Shown here one piece after another: positions 9,366 to 21,157 of a stretch of 64,000 nt of DNA (its first letter is position 1; the number at the start of each line of letters is the position of its first letter). The stretch spans positions 8,273 to 72,272 of the forward strand of contig JAYZFO010000020.1 of assembly GCA_036336685.1 (NCBI GenBank). Reading direction: 5' to 3'. Below the pieces are notes generated by a model. That model searched no databases and was not told the DNA's origin. It saw only the letters and a program-made list of their open reading frames with translations. This stretch comes from Pseudomonadota bacterium (lineage in GTDB: Bacteria; Pseudomonadota; Alphaproteobacteria; MPNO01; UBA830). Position numbers and translations under genes: made by a program.

Positions 9366-11930
9366 ATGATGGTTTCCGATATGAACCTTGATCGATACCC
9401 ATTCAAGGACGCTGAAACGCGTTGGCAAAAGATATGGGAAGAACGGAACTGCTATCAAGCGTTTGAGGACCCGGATCGCCCCAAATATTATGTCCTCGAA
9501 ATGTTTCCCTATCCTTCTGGTCGTATTCACATGGGCCATGTTCGCAATTACACAATGGGCGATGTTGTGGCCCGCTTTAAGCGAGCGCAAGGTTTCAATG
9601 TATTGCACCCGATGGGTTGGGACGCCTTTGGTATGCCGGCGGAAAATGCCGCAATGGAACAGAAAGTGCATCCCGCGGAGTGGACCTACTCCAATATTGA
9701 AAGTATGCGCCGACAATTAAAAATGATGGGCCTCTCCATAGACTGGAGCCGAGAATTTGCCACTTGTGATCCTGACTATTACAAGCACGAACAGCAGATG
9801 TTTATTGATTTTTTAGCCGCCGGACTTATAGACCGCCGGGAAAGTTGGGTGAATTGGGATCCCGTTGACCAAACTGTGCTCGCCAACGAACAAGTCATCG
9901 ACGGCCGAGGGTGGCGCTCGGGTGCTCCGGTAGAAAAACGACGCTTGTCACAATGGTTTTTTAAAATAACTGAGTACGCCGGAGATCTGCTTGATTCGCT
10001 AGAATTATTGCAGCGTTGGCCTGACAAAGTGCGCCTAATGCAATCTAATTGGATTGGCAGATCCGAGGGATTGCGTATTAAATTCGAGATTGTCGGACAT
10101 GCGGACAGACTCGAAGTATACACGACGCGGCCAGACACTCTTTTTGGTGCAAGCTTTTGTGCAATATCTCCGGAACATGCGCTCGCTCATAAGTTGGCAA
10201 ATGAAAACCCCGACCTCGCCGCGTTTATAGAGGAATGTGGCCGGCGAGGTACTGCGGAGGCGGTTATAGAGCGAGCTGAAAAAATAGGTTTCGATAGTGG
10301 GTTAAAAATTAGGCACCCCTTTGTTAAAAATAAAGTGATACCGCTATACGTGGCAAATTTTATACTAATGGACTACGGCACTGGCGCTATTTTCGGATGC
10401 CCGGCGCATGACCAAAGAGATTTAGACTTCGCAAACAAATATGGCCTAGATGTTCTGCCGGTCGTCCTTCCTGAGGGCTCTGAGAACTTCGATATATCCG
10501 ACGAAGCGTACACGGGTCCAGGGCTATTAAGAAATTCTGAGTTTTTAGATGGATTAAGCGTCGAAGATGCAAAAATCGCGATTACGACAAGAATAGAAGC
10601 CATGGGTTTGGGCGCGCGCGAGATCAATTTCCGATTGCGTGACTGGGGAATTTCCCGCCAACGGTATTGGGGTTGCCCCATTCCAATAATACACTGTGAT
10701 GACTGCGGCGCTGTGCCCGTATCCTCAAAAGATCTTCCCGTGGTTTTGCCAAACGATGTTTCATTTGAGCACCCCGGAAATCCTCTCGTAACCCATGATT
10801 TGTGGCGGAAAACTGATTGCCCTTCCTGTGGAAAACCAGCCACCCGCGAAACCGACACGTTTGATACATTTGTCGATTCTTCATGGTATTTTGCGCGCTT
10901 CTGTTCCCCAGACGCACCAACACCAACGGACGCTTCTGCTATAGAATATTGGCTTCCAGTCGATCAATATATTGGCGGCGTGGAACATGCGATACTCCAT
11001 CTACTTTACTCACGATTTTTTATGCGCGCGATGACGCAGACAGAGCACTCGGGCCTAGCTGAACCGTTCACTGGCCTGTTTACTCAAGGAATGGTGTGTC
11101 ACGAGACTTATCGTTTGGAAAATGGCGATTGGGTTGAGCCTACCGCTGTAAAAGAAGCAGAAGACAAGACGCTGATCGACGACAGGACTGGTAATAAAAT
11201 AATTGTTGGTCGGTCCGAAAAGATGTCCAAATCAAAAAAAAATGTGGTCGATCCAGAGGACATTATAGACTCGTACGGTGCCGATACAGCGCGATGGTTT
11301 ATGCTCTCCGACAGCCCTCCTGACCGGGACCTCGATTGGACGGAGGCCGGTATAACCGGCGCCTGGCGCTTCACCAACCGCCTGTGGCGCCTGGTTGCGT
11401 CCTGTTCAAAGGGGTTTTTATCAGACGACGCCGTTTCTGAAACAGAAGAAGACACGAAACTGCTACAAGCGGTACATTCAACCGTATCTGGTGTAACGGC
11501 GGATCTAGAAACTTTCCACTTCAATCGCGCTGTCGCGCGAATTTATGAGCTTGTTAATGTACTCGGGAATGCGCAGCCTAGTGAACACAAGGCCAGTCTG
11601 AGGGAAGGGCTAGAAACGCTGACTTTATTACTCGGACCCATGATGCCCCACCTGGCAGAAGAACTATGGAACTGTTTAGGCCACAAAACACTAGTTACCG
11701 ATTGCCCCTGGCCTACTGCTAACGAAAAATATTTGAAAAAAGACACGGTCGAAATTGCGGTACAAGTTTCCGGAAAGCTGCGCGGTACAATTAAAATTGA
11801 TCGCGATGCCGACCAAAAAATCGCAGAAAAAGAGGCCCTATCCCTTCCAACAGTAGCAGCAGCTATTGCAGATAACGAAATAAAAAGGATCATCTACGTC
11901 CCCAATCGGATTATCAATGTTATATCGTGA
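9366..11930 (+). CDS. leuS: Leucine--tRNA ligase
   Basis: HMGH ([10 protein letters not shown]) and KMSKS motifs, 854 aa. The start could be 9366, 9369 or 9381. Confidence 0.95.
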   Translation: MMVSDMNLDRYPFKDAETRWQKIWEERNCYQAFEDPDRPKYYVLEMFPYPSGRIHMGHVRNYTMGDVVARFKRAQGFNVLHPMGWDAFGMPAENAAMEQKVHPAEWTYSNIESMRRQLKMMGLSIDWSREFATCDPDYYKHEQQMFIDFLAAGLIDRRESWVNWDPVDQTVLANEQVIDGRGWRSGAPVEKRRLSQWFFKITEYAGDLLDSLELLQRWPDKVRLMQSNWIGRSEGLRIKFEIVGHADRLEVYTTRPDTLFGASFCAISPEHALAHKLANENPDLAAFIEECGRRGTAEAVIERAEKIGFDSGLKIRHPFVKNKVIPLYVANFILMDYGTGAIFGCPAHDQRDLDFANKYGLDVLPVVLPEGSENFDISDEAYTGPGLLRNSEFLDGLSVEDAKIAITTRIEAMGLGAREINFRLRDWGISRQRYWGCPIPIIHCDDCGAVPVSSKDLPVVLPNDVSFEHPGNPLVTHDLWRKTDCPSCGKPATRETDTFDTFVDSSWYFARFCSPDAPTPTDASAIEYWLPVDQYIGGVEHAILHLLYSRFFMRAMTQTEHSGLAEPFTGLFTQGMVCHETYRLENGDWVEPTAVKEAEDKTLIDDRTGNKIIVGRSEKMSKSKKNVVDPEDIIDSYGADTARWFMLSDSPPDRDLDWTEAGITGAWRFTNRLWRLVASCSKGFLSDDAVSETEEDTKLLQAVHSTVSGVTADLETFHFNRAVARIYELVNVLGNAQPSEHKASLREGLETLTLLLGPMMPHLAEELWNCLGHKTLVTDCPWPTANEKYLKKDTVEIAVQVSGKLRGTIKIDRDADQKIAEKEALSLPTVAAAIADNEIKRIIYVPNRIINVIS

Positions 11931-12468
11931 TCAATCCGGGCCACGCACGGGGGTTCAGAGTTGTATTTGCTGTGTAATTGTGAGTATTTTTTTCCTCTCT
12001 TCGGGATGCGGGTTTACTAGCATCCACGGCCCAGGATCCCCAGCCACTATTTCTAACCTGGCAACATTTAAAATAAACCCTATACCTGACCGAATAGGGC
12101 AAATGCTCCGAAACGAGTTAATCCAAGAAATGCGCCACGGCGCTGATGTCGAAACACCCCGTTTTTATGTAGCGGTTTCGCTTGTCGAACGCCTTAACGA
12201 ACTTGGCATACAAAAAGACGATGTCGCAACACGGGCTAATTTAATACTGGATGCCACCTTTAAGGTAACCGAGGATCAAAATGGTCAATCTATTTATATA
12301 GGCCGCAGCCGTTCAGTCAGTAGCTATGATATCCTCACCTCTGATTTCGCTACTCTAAGCGCTCTTCGGGACGCGCGTCGTCGAGGCGTTAGAACTCTCG
12401 CACAAAATATAAAAAGCCGGATATCTGTTTGGTTGATACAGAGACAAAACGTCAAGGACAAAAAATGA
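11917..12468 (+). CDS. lptE: LPS-assembly lipoprotein LptE-like
   Basis: Lipobox LSSGC. It occupies the middle position of the conserved leuS-lptE-holA arrangement and overlaps both neighbours. Confidence 0.6.
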   Translation: MLYRDQSGPRTGVQSCICCVIVSIFFLSSGCGFTSIHGPGSPATISNLATFKINPIPDRIGQMLRNELIQEMRHGADVETPRFYVAVSLVERLNELGIQKDDVATRANLILDATFKVTEDQNGQSIYIGRSRSVSSYDILTSDFATLSALRDARRRGVRTLAQNIKSRISVWLIQRQNVKDKK

Positions 12469-13493
12469 AAGTTTCTGCAAATCAGGCCGACGCTTTTGTA
12501 TCAGCAGTACCAGGAACCATCTTTGCAATACTTATTTATGGTCCAGACCTAGGCCTAATTCGAGAACGTGCCGTAACTGCTTTAACGTCCGTTGCGGGGG
12601 CCCCTTCGGACCCATTCAACGTTGTTGAATTTACACAAACTGCCCTTCGTGATGATCCCTCTCGCATAACCGACGAAGCTTCCACAATTTCTATTACCGG
12701 CTCAAGACGGGTTATTCGAATTCGCGAAGCCTCGGACGCTATAACGGACGCGGTCAGTCATGCGATTAGTGTTAAAGGTGACGCGTTAATAATCGTAGAA
12801 GGGGGGGAGTTGTCGCCCCGGTCCAAACTTCGGGCACTATTTGAGAAAAGTGACCACGCAGCCGCAATCCCTTGTTATTTGGATGATGGGAAGGGCCTAA
12901 CGGCTTTGGTCCGGGAAACACTTTTAGCAGAAAACTTGTCCGCCAGCCCTGACGTCATATATTGGATTGCTTCAAACCTCGGCGTCGATCGCATGGTTAG
13001 CCGTATGGAGTTAGAAAAGCTAAAGCTATATATGGCGGGTAATAAAACCGTGACGCTAGTAGACGCCCAATCAATCATTGGCGACGCTGCTGCTCTGACG
13101 ATTGACGATGTAATTTATGCCGCAGCGGGCGGCGACTTGCCTGATCTTGCCATTTCGCTGTCGCGCGCACATCTTGAGGATGTCTCTTCAATTTCAATTC
13201 TACGCTCAACAAATCGCCATTTTACACGACTTGAGCAAGCATGCGCCTATGTCACAAAAGGCTTATCAACTGACCAAGCAATAAAAAAGCTACGGCCACC
13301 AATTTTCTTTAGACGAGAGGCAGCCTTTCGACATCAGGTGCAAAAGTGGCGTCCGGAACTCTTGAGTCGTGCTCGAGACTCATTAATTCACGCTGAAATA
13401 GAGTGTAAAAAAAATAATGCCCCGGCACCGGATATTTGCGACCGAGTTTTGATGAGGTTAGCCGTCATGGCTGGCGCAACTGTAGTGCGTTAA
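12465..13493 (+). CDS. holA: DNA polymerase III subunit delta
   Basis: ATGA overlap with the lptE stop. N-terminus ...ILIYGPDLGLIRERA is typical of HolA, and it lies in leuS-lptE-holA synteny. Confidence 0.8.
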   Translation: MKVSANQADAFVSAVPGTIFAILIYGPDLGLIRERAVTALTSVAGAPSDPFNVVEFTQTALRDDPSRITDEASTISITGSRRVIRIREASDAITDAVSHAISVKGDALIIVEGGELSPRSKLRALFEKSDHAAAIPCYLDDGKGLTALVRETLLAENLSASPDVIYWIASNLGVDRMVSRMELEKLKLYMAGNKTVTLVDAQSIIGDAAALTIDDVIYAAAGGDLPDLAISLSRAHLEDVSSISILRSTNRHFTRLEQACAYVTKGLSTDQAIKKLRPPIFFRREAAFRHQVQKWRPELLSRARDSLIHAEIECKKNNAPAPDICDRVLMRLAVMAGATVVR

Positions 13494-13601
13494 TAATATT
13501 AAAGCGTACTTTTCAGAAAGAAATAGGATTGGGGGCAGCAAGCCCCATCGGGGCGAGTTAAACACACCCCAAATACTAATCCAAACCAAAGGAAGCAGTT
13601 T

Positions 13602-14324
13602 ATGCCCGACAAAGAAGGTGTTCTGCGGGATCTCGTTGTTGGAAACCGGATTCTAGCGAACGAAAACATACTGGATGCATACGGACATATCAGCGTACGA
13701 AATCCCGAGAACCCAGAGCATTATTTTTTATCATGTTCACGAAGTCCGGAATTGGTTCAACGCAATGACATAATGGAGTTTAGACTGGACGGAACACCGA
13801 TCGGTGGCGATAAACGGACGCCTTACCTGGAACGTTTTATCCATGGCGCCGTATATGAACGCAATCCGGAAACGTCCGCTGTCGTCCACAGTCATGCTGA
13901 GGAAATCCTACCCTATACTATTTCGAGCGAGTCTTTAATTCCCGTGATCCATTCCGCGGGAATTATAGGCCCTGTTGCACCAGTCTGGGACATAGCGGAA
14001 AAGTTCGGAGATACAACCTTGCTTGTGATTAACATCGAGCAGGGCCGAGATCTGGCAATTGAATTAGGAACTAACCGTGTAGTCTTAATGCGTGGTCATG
14101 GCTTTGCCTCCGCGGGACGATCGATTTCGGAAGTCGTGCGCATCTCTATTATGCTTGCTCGAAACGCACGAGTACTTACGACCGCACTCCAATTTGGCCA
14201 TCGTGTGAAAGCCTTGACTGCCGGAGAGGTAACCCTCCGACAAAAAATGAGAGCCGACGGTCGGGAATTCTATCGTGCCTGGGAATACTGGGCGACCCGC
14301 GCGGGCTGTTCAGATATGCTTTGA
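13602..14324 (+). CDS. Class II aldolase/adducin family protein
   Basis: 240 aa with motifs GHISVR, AVVHSHAEE and LMRGHGF. Confidence 0.75.
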   Translation: MPDKEGVLRDLVVGNRILANENILDAYGHISVRNPENPEHYFLSCSRSPELVQRNDIMEFRLDGTPIGGDKRTPYLERFIHGAVYERNPETSAVVHSHAEEILPYTISSESLIPVIHSAGIIGPVAPVWDIAEKFGDTTLLVINIEQGRDLAIELGTNRVVLMRGHGFASAGRSISEVVRISIMLARNARVLTTALQFGHRVKALTAGEVTLRQKMRADGREFYRAWEYWATRAGCSDML

Positions 14325-14364
14325 CTAAAGAAGATATACCCTGATCACCCTAAATTATTGGGCC

Positions 14365-15261
14365 TCAATTTCGCAAACGCTCAATTATATCATCTAATTG
14401 TTCCAGAGATCGATAATTGAGACGGATTGATCCGCCGGTACCGTTATAGTCTATTACAACTTTTGCCCCTAAAGTCCGGGTTAATTCTCCCTCTAACGCA
14501 AGGGTATCTGCGGTTTTAGCGTTTATTGCACGTTTGATTTTCGTTTTAGGAATACCGCCGCTAGCTCGGCGCTCAGCTTCGCGTACAGATAACCCTTTAC
14601 GCACAATTTGGCTCGCAAGCGCCGATGGGTCTTCGGTCCCCAGGACAGCGCGAGCGTGGCCCGCTGTTAATTTACGATCCACTACCAAAGTCTGGACATC
14701 TTCCGGCAGATCTAACAAACGCATTGTATTTGAAATATGGGGTCGGCTTTTCCCGACCGCCTGCGCAATCTGCTCTTGGGTTTGGTTGAAGTCAGCTGCC
14801 AACCTGGCATAAGCAGCCGCTTCTTCCATCGACGACAATTGATCGCGCTGAATATTTTCGATCAACGCAACGGCGAACGCCTCCGAATCAGAAAGATCAC
14901 GGACTATAACTGGAGCCTCGTGAACCTGTGCACGCTGGGCGGCCCGCCAACGGCGTTCACCCGCAATAATTTCATATGTCTCTTTATCAACGGGGTTTGG
15001 GCGAACAATTAAGGGCTGTAAAATACCCTGTTGTTTTATAGATTCTGTCAAATCATCCAAACCAGACTCGTCAAATTGGCTTCGTGGTTGAAGAGGGTTA
15101 GGTACCAATTTCGCGATTGATACGGTTCGGGCGGCCAGGTTAGTCGTTTCATCCATTGAGCCGGCTTCCGAGCCTGGCCCCTTATACTCAGAACGAGATT
15201 CGCCAAATAAGGCCTCTAATCCACGACCAAGTTGGTTCGGGCGCGATTTATTATCGATCAT
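14365..15261 (-). CDS. parB: Chromosome partitioning protein ParB
   Basis: LGRGLEALF, GERRWRAA and an HTH (QEQIAQAVGKSRPHISNTMRLL). The ATG at 15261 overlaps the parA stop (ATGA). Confidence 0.9.
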   Translation of the reverse strand: MIDNKSRPNQLGRGLEALFGESRSEYKGPGSEAGSMDETTNLAARTVSIAKLVPNPLQPRSQFDESGLDDLTESIKQQGILQPLIVRPNPVDKETYEIIAGERRWRAAQRAQVHEAPVIVRDLSDSEAFAVALIENIQRDQLSSMEEAAAYARLAADFNQTQEQIAQAVGKSRPHISNTMRLLDLPEDVQTLVVDRKLTAGHARAVLGTEDPSALASQIVRKGLSVREAERRASGGIPKTKIKRAINAKTADTLALEGELTRTLGAKVVIDYNGTGGSIRLNYRSLEQLDDIIERLRN

Positions 15262-16133
15262 GATGTTTCTCCAGTAGATTCCGACCATTTAATCTCGGTT
15301 GAGGTTTTTTCGCTTTGAGAAACGCGGTGTCGCCGGAGCATCTCCGAGGCTAATCGAACATAAGCCTGGGACCCAGCGCAGCTCAAATCATATAAGAGAA
15401 CCGGTTTGCCGTGCGAAGGTGCCTCTGACACCCTTACATTTCTAGGTATAATAGTATCAAAAACTTTCTCTCCAAAAAATCGACGAACATCTTCCTCAAC
15501 TAAAGCTGATAGCTTATTCCGCACATCGTACATCGTTAACGCTATACCATCGAGATTCAACCCAGGGTTGAATTTTTGGGTTATTCTATCAATGGTTTTT
15601 ACAAGTTGACTCAGCCCTTCAAGTGCCAGGAACTCGCACTGTAGAGGCACCAACACAGAATCCGCAGCCACCAAACCGTTTAAAGTCAACAGACCGAGGG
15701 CGGGGGGGCAATCAATAAATATGTAATCGAATTTTTGATCCCCTAAACTTATTGCATCACGAAGCAGGTACTCCCGCTTCTCAACAGCAACAAGTTCGAT
15801 CTCTGCGCCCGAAAGATCGATTGTAGAGGGCAAAACTTGCAATCCTGGGATTTCGGTATTCAGCAGTGCTTCGTTCAATGTGGTGCCGCCAAGTAAAAGG
15901 TCGTAGGTGCCAACATGGCGGCGCGAGCTTTCGATACCAAATCCCGTTGAGGCATTACCCTGAGGGTCTAGGTCAACAACTAAGACCTCGCGACCTACTG
16001 CCGCCAATGCCGTAGCAAGATTAATAGCCGTTGCTGTCTTGCCTACACCGCCCTTCTGATTAGCAATCGCTATAATACGTCCGTTGCCAATTTTCTTGCC
16101 GCCTAAAGCCGCATCTTCTTTTATTGGGAGCAT
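15258..16133 (-). CDS. parA: Chromosome partitioning ATPase ParA/Soj
   Basis: Deviant Walker A (IANQKGGVGKTAT), with DLDPQGNAS and DCPP motifs. Confidence 0.9.
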   Translation of the reverse strand: MLPIKEDAALGGKKIGNGRIIAIANQKGGVGKTATAINLATALAAVGREVLVVDLDPQGNASTGFGIESSRRHVGTYDLLLGGTTLNEALLNTEIPGLQVLPSTIDLSGAEIELVAVEKREYLLRDAISLGDQKFDYIFIDCPPALGLLTLNGLVAADSVLVPLQCEFLALEGLSQLVKTIDRITQKFNPGLNLDGIALTMYDVRNKLSALVEEDVRRFFGEKVFDTIIPRNVRVSEAPSHGKPVLLYDLSCAGSQAYVRLASEMLRRHRVSQSEKTSTEIKWSESTGETS

Positions 16134-16222
16134 TATCCGTATTTATAGTTCATTTTGAGGGTTATAAAACATTTGTAATAGTCCGGTGATTCCGCGGCGC
16201 ACGGCCAAAAACCCCTTCGACA

Positions 16223-16888
16223 TTATACGTGTTGGACGGGCTTTAAATTACTTATTCGCAATATCCGGCTCTCGTGTGATGTTCGGCTTCGAAAGGTTTG
16301 CAACGTCATTGTCCAGTGTTTTTGGGCTTTGGTCAATTCCTCCCGCCAGCGCACGCCCTTCATGAATAAGCAAGTCCGCGCATCCAGTGAATCTGCCATT
16401 TCGCACAATCTATCGAGCGGTGCGAGTGCGCGTGCTGTAATAATATCCACAGGTTTTTTCTTCGATTCGGTGGACAAATTCTCGATCCGACCGTTTATTA
16501 CCGCCGCCGGCGCGCCGGTTCGCTCAATAACATGGCGTAAAAATACACACTTACGCTGCCGCGAATCCACCAATCGGGTCGGTAGTCCAGTTGAAATAGC
16601 CAACACAAGGCCAGGAAACCCTGCTCCACTGCCAAGGTCCGTGATTGATTGAGTCGAACTAGGCAAGTGGTCAATGAGTTGCAAAGAATCTAACATATGA
16701 CGCTTCCAAAGATCGACGAGAGTGTTTTTTGCCACTAAATTCAGCGTTTTCTGGTTTTGTATTAGAAGATCCGCATAGATTTCGAGTTTGTGCATTGTTT
16801 CACGTGAAACATATTTGTCACGAGCGAAATCTTCTTTTGTTAGCGTAACATTAGCAAGCGTCATATTAGGCAGCAACGCGGCGAACAT
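16223..16888 (-). CDS. rsmG: 16S rRNA (guanine527-N7)-methyltransferase RsmG (GidB)
   Basis: VSRET..., [18 protein letters not shown] motif. An alternative start at 16864 would remove the overlap with mnmG. Confidence 0.9.
   Translation of the reverse strand: MFAALLPNMTLANVTLTKEDFARDKYVSRETMHKLEIYADLLIQNQKTLNLVAKNTLVDLWKRHMLDSLQLIDHLPSSTQSITDLGSGAGFPGLVLAISTGLPTRLVDSRQRKCVFLRHVIERTGAPAAVINGRIENLSTESKKKPVDIITARALAPLDRLCEMADSLDARTCLFMKGVRWREELTKAQKHWTMTLQTFRSRTSHESRILRISNLKPVQHV
16796..16811. promoter_or_regulatory. parS: parS centromere site (perfect TGTTTCACGTGAAACA) inside rsmG
   Basis: Exact 16-bp palindromic parS consensus. It encodes the conserved VSRET of RsmG. Confidence 0.85.
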
Positions 16889-18743
16889 AACGCAATAGAG
16901 CCGTTATGGCCGCGGGCGTCACCCCAGGTATCCTGCCCGCTGCACCAATCGTTAATGGTTGCGCGCCTGATAGTTTCTCGCGCATCTCATTGGAGAGGCC
17001 ACCGATCACTGAATAATCCAGGGCGTCAGGTAAGACCAGTGTTTCATCTTTGCGGTAGGCATCAATATCAGCGCGCTGCCGCTCTAAATAGCCGGCATAA
17101 AGGGAATCTGTCGCCAGCTGTTCCAGGGTTGGCTTGGAAAACCTTCTCAGCTCAGGCCATAATTTGTATATTTTTTCAATTGTTACACCTTTATGGGCTA
17201 ACAGTTTCAGCGCCGTTCTAGGGGTACCATCTTGAGAAACTTTAATTTTATTTTCCACCAATTGTGTGGGAGATGCTTTTAGGGCAGCCAGCCTCTCTCG
17301 GGCCGTGGAAAGAGAAACTATTTTCTCCCTAAAAACCGCCTCGCGTTTTTCACGTACGCAGCCCAACTCCAACCCAATGGGTGTTAGCCGTTGATCGGCA
17401 TTGTCCGCTCTTAGAGATAAACGATATTCAGCCCGAGAAGTAAACATTCGATACGGCTCAGAGACGCCACGGGTAATTAAATCGTCGATCAACACCCCGA
17501 TATAGGCATCAGCTCGATCTAGTACAAAAGCTGTCAGTTGCCCGCCACTTTTTCTAGCCGCATTTAACCCTGCCATTAGCCCCTGTGCAGCGGCCTCCTC
17601 ATAACCTGTCGTTCCGTTTATTTGGCCCGCGAGGTATAACCCGCTTACACGCCGCGTTTCGAGGGACGGCAGGAGCTCCCGCGGGTCAACAAAATCATAC
17701 TCTATTGCATAACCCGGCCTTACAATTTTTGCTTGCTCTAACCCGGTAATTTTTCGTAAAAATTTCGTTTGTACTTCCTGTGGCAAAGAGGTTGATATTC
17801 CATTTGGGTAAACCGTATCATCATCCAAACCTTCCGGTTCCAAGAATATCTGGTGACGCGAACGATCCGCAAACCTAACCACCTTATCTTCTATCGATGG
17901 ACAATATCTCGGACCAACCCCTTCTATTGCGCCACTATAAATTGGAGCACGATGGATATTGTTTTGAATAATATCATGCACTTCAGAATTTGTATGAGTT
18001 ATGTAACAAGGAATTTGCGGCGTCTCGACTTTGTGAGTCATAGCCGAAAATGGGACTGGGGGTTGGTCACCATGTTGCACTTCCAGGCCCGACCAATCTA
18101 TTGAGCGGCCATCTAAGCGCGGCGGTGTCCCCGTTTTTAGCCTCCCTAATGACAATCCTAACCGTTCTAGGGTCGCAGACAGGCCAAACACAGGTTTTTC
18201 GCCGATGCGGCCGGCCGCAGTTTGTTTTTCGCCGATGTGGATTGTGCCCCTCAGAAACGTTCCCGCAGTGAGCACAACAGCATTCCCCCGATGTTCACGC
18301 CCATCCTCCAATTTGACTCCTAGCACCCGCGGTGCAGTGTCACTATCACCGAGGATTAGGTCATGCACACCGCCCTCGATAATATGCAAATTGGGCAAAT
18401 CGGATAAAACGCGCTGCATTGCCCTACGATACAATGCCCTATCGGTTTGAGCGCGGGGACCTTGCACCGCTGGACCTTTTCGGCGGTTGAGTATGCGGAA
18501 TTGTATTCCCGCCGCATCGGTAACCACGCCCATCAAGCCATCTAAGGCATCAATTTCCCGCACCAAATGGCCCTTCCCCAGACCACCGATCGCTGGATTA
18601 CACGACATTTCTCCAATTGTCTTTGGGTTATGAGTAATCAGTGCTGTAACAGCGCCCATCCGCACCGCAGCGGCAGCGGCCTCACACCCCGCGTGCCCCC
18701 CCCCACGAACGATAACATCCCCAGTGTTGCGATTTTTAGTCAT
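16866..18743 (-). CDS. mnmG: tRNA uridine-5-carboxymethylaminomethyl modification enzyme MnmG (GidA)
   Basis: Start set at [23 protein letters not shown] (FAD motif). The rest is full-length GidA-like. Confidence 0.95.
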   Translation of the reverse strand: MTKNRNTGDVIVRGGGHAGCEAAAAAVRMGAVTALITHNPKTIGEMSCNPAIGGLGKGHLVREIDALDGLMGVVTDAAGIQFRILNRRKGPAVQGPRAQTDRALYRRAMQRVLSDLPNLHIIEGGVHDLILGDSDTAPRVLGVKLEDGREHRGNAVVLTAGTFLRGTIHIGEKQTAAGRIGEKPVFGLSATLERLGLSLGRLKTGTPPRLDGRSIDWSGLEVQHGDQPPVPFSAMTHKVETPQIPCYITHTNSEVHDIIQNNIHRAPIYSGAIEGVGPRYCPSIEDKVVRFADRSRHQIFLEPEGLDDDTVYPNGISTSLPQEVQTKFLRKITGLEQAKIVRPGYAIEYDFVDPRELLPSLETRRVSGLYLAGQINGTTGYEEAAAQGLMAGLNAARKSGGQLTAFVLDRADAYIGVLIDDLITRGVSEPYRMFTSRAEYRLSLRADNADQRLTPIGLELGCVREKREAVFREKIVSLSTARERLAALKASPTQLVENKIKVSQDGTPRTALKLLAHKGVTIEKIYKLWPELRRFSKPTLEQLATDSLYAGYLERQRADIDAYRKDETLVLPDALDYSVIGGLSNEMREKLSGAQPLTIGAAGRIPGVTPAAITALLRYVRRVAA

Positions 18744-18805
18744 CGACGTCAATATATGTTTAACCCAACGCGCAGTAAAGTTAAGATAGCACACAGACCC
18801 CCATG

Positions 18806-18821
18806 TGTTTCACGTGAAACA
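18806..18821. promoter_or_regulatory. parS: parS centromere site (perfect TGTTTCACGTGAAACA) in the mnmE-mnmG intergenic spacer
   Basis: Exact 16-bp palindromic parS consensus, read directly from the sequence. Confidence 0.85.
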
Positions 18822-18847
18822 AATTGTGTTGTGGGGTTTAAAACTAA

Positions 18848-20203
18848 TTATTTGCCAATACAAAACTCCGAAAAAATTCGGTCCAATATATCCTCTACAT
18901 CGACGCGACCAGTAACCGTTCCGAGCGACCGCGCTGCCAGTCTCAGGTCTTCCGCAAAAAGCTCTGCAGCCGTAACCTCACTAGCCCGCACGAGCGCGGC
19001 CAAACTCTCATTAAGGGCCTCTCTGTGTCGTGCGCGAGTCACAAAATTTTTTCTTGTCCCAATTTCAAACCTTTTTGCTATATATGAGTTAAGGACAGAT
19101 ACCAACTCCTTTAGCCCTTTCCCGGTCTTTGCCGAAATTGCGACCACTTTAGTATCGGAAGGCCACTCCACCGGCTTACACGTTTTATCTATCTTATTTG
19201 CAACAATAATGGTGTTTTTCGTTGAAAGCTCATTCAAAGTAGCCTTATCAATGGGGGCGCTTGCGTCAAACACGGCAAGCCGAAGTTCCACGCCTTTGCT
19301 TACTTCAAGTGCCCGCCTAACACCCTCACTCTCAACGGCGTCATTCGTTTTCCGAAGCCCTGCTGTATCGAAAAAAACAACGGGCCAACCACCAATATCT
19401 ATTCTCGCCTCGACAACGTCTCGTGTAGTGCCGGCATGTTCAGAAACTATGGCCACCTCCCTATCCACTAGAGCGTTTAGTATTGTCGACTTTCCGGCGT
19501 TTGGCGCACCGAGAATTCCTACTTTAAACCCATCCCTCAAAATTTCCCCTCGTCGACTATCATCGAGATATTCGCGTATATCCGCAGCCAAGCGTTTGAT
19601 CCCAGAAACAGCCAAGTCATGTAGTTCGGTCGGGATTTCCTCGTCGGGAAAATCAATGCCCGCCTCGACTTTTGCCTGCAGTTCAATGATGTCCGTCCGC
19701 CACATCTCTAGCTTTCCTGACAAGCCGCCGCCCATTTGGTCGAGGGCTTGTTTTCTCTGCTCTGCGGTATCTGCGTCCACCAGGTCTGCGACCGCTTCTG
19801 CCCCTGTTAAATCTATTTTTCCAGAATAAAATGCCCGCTTCAAAAATTCGCCGGGCGCGGCTATTCTTAACCCAGCACTATCCGAAAGAGCCGATGCTAA
19901 TGCGCTTATTGTAGCCGAACCCCCATGAACGTGGAGCTCTACAACGTCCTCCCCTGTAAAACTCGCCGGTGTCGGATACATTATCCCAATCGCGTCATCA
20001 ATTACTTCTCCACTTTCAGGGTCCACTAAGCGACACCGCGTCGCTTTACGAGGTTCCGGGAGTCTCGCCCTTTGACTTAATGACAAAAACGTCACCCCCG
20101 CATGCGGTCCGGAGATGCGAAATACCGCTAACCCAGCCTTGCCCGATGCTGTCGATAAAGCGTATATCGTATCCTTCGGTCGTCCATCCAAATGTTTCCG
20201 CAC
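18848..20203 (-). CDS. mnmE: tRNA modification GTPase MnmE (TrmE)
   Basis: DTIYALSTASGKAGLAVFRISGP N-terminus, G-domain GAPNAGKST / DTAGLR / NKID motifs, and C-terminal CIGK. Confidence 0.95.
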   Translation of the reverse strand: MRKHLDGRPKDTIYALSTASGKAGLAVFRISGPHAGVTFLSLSQRARLPEPRKATRCRLVDPESGEVIDDAIGIMYPTPASFTGEDVVELHVHGGSATISALASALSDSAGLRIAAPGEFLKRAFYSGKIDLTGAEAVADLVDADTAEQRKQALDQMGGGLSGKLEMWRTDIIELQAKVEAGIDFPDEEIPTELHDLAVSGIKRLAADIREYLDDSRRGEILRDGFKVGILGAPNAGKSTILNALVDREVAIVSEHAGTTRDVVEARIDIGGWPVVFFDTAGLRKTNDAVESEGVRRALEVSKGVELRLAVFDASAPIDKATLNELSTKNTIIVANKIDKTCKPVEWPSDTKVVAISAKTGKGLKELVSVLNSYIAKRFEIGTRKNFVTRARHREALNESLAALVRASEVTAAELFAEDLRLAARSLGTVTGRVDVEDILDRIFSEFCIGK

Positions 20204-20292
20204 CTAATACGCTCCTCAAAAAAACGATTACCAAAACTCTTTTCAACGATCGTGCAAAACGAAAAACTCGCCATTATTCGCATATACACTGA

Positions 20293-20940
20293 TTAATTGC
20301 TTAGTCGCCCGTGCTTTATCAGTGCATGTACAATAATAAACAAAACGGTGGCATTTAAAATATGCCAAACAAAATGGGTCCCAATTGTTATTTGCCCGCA
20401 AAGCGGCTGATCTAAAGTCCTAATAGCAAGAGAAATTGCAAATAGGGCCCCACCGCATAAAAGAGCCGGACCTGCTGAATTCGGACGCCAATAATGCAAA
20501 TATGTTCCAACACTAATGAGAGCAAAAAGCGCAGCAATATACGCACCTCCCTCATATCCTGACAGCCCATGGATTAGTGCCGCGATGGTTAGCACAACCC
20601 CCAACCCCAGAAAGCTAATAGGGAGCCCCGCACCGACAATTCCCCTGAACACGCTCCAAGTATACAGCAGAATAAAACCTCCAATCGGAATTATATCGAT
20701 TAACATGGCCCACAAAACAGCGTGGGTATGAAACAACCAACTTCCAACCCCAATCGTATAAATTAACCCGTTTAATATCCAAATAACACCGACCCTGCCT
20801 TTCGCGTTACCGCGCAGAATCAAAACGGTTATAGCAACCCCACTTAAAATAAACGCTATGTTTGTCATAGCATTTAAAGGTTCCGCCCAGTACTCTGCCC
20901 CTGTTCGCTCGCAGTACAAATCGATGTAACCCGTTTTCAT
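20293..20940 (-). CDS. 7-TM alkaline-ceramidase-like (CREST superfamily) membrane protein
   Basis: Motif series YCE(R), EPLNAMTN, GSWLFHTH, LIDIIPI and THFVWHILNA parallels the conserved Cys/Asn/His/Asp/His pattern of the ceramidase family. It is multi-pass hydrophobic. Confidence 0.55.
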   Translation of the reverse strand: MKTGYIDLYCERTGAEYWAEPLNAMTNIAFILSGVAITVLILRGNAKGRVGVIWILNGLIYTIGVGSWLFHTHAVLWAMLIDIIPIGGFILLYTWSVFRGIVGAGLPISFLGLGVVLTIAALIHGLSGYEGGAYIAALFALISVGTYLHYWRPNSAGPALLCGGALFAISLAIRTLDQPLCGQITIGTHFVWHILNATVLFIIVHALIKHGRLSN

Positions 20941-21157
20941 TACCTCACTCTCATTTCACCGTTTAAATTTAATACAAATATCCCGAAAATTGAACGCATT
21001 AGCGGCTGGGTTTACCTACACCCTTTCACCTTTAAGCCCGTTTACTACTATACTGCAAAACAGGTTTGCCTAAATTGCAAACGAAAACCAGTTAGACCCG
21101 GTGACTTTTTAGTGTGCCAGCGTTATTCTTATTGTAATATGAATGCCTTAACAAAAT

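Noticed and set aside
18567-19829. 420-aa ORF on the plus strand spanning the mnmE 3' two-thirds, the intergenic parS and the mnmG 5' end.
   Set aside because: It is entirely antisense to two unmistakable conserved genes. Its composition is low-complexity and Ser/Thr/Ala/Arg/Pro-rich, typical of a shadow frame. It has no recognisable motif or RBS. It is notable only for its length in a moderate-GC genome.
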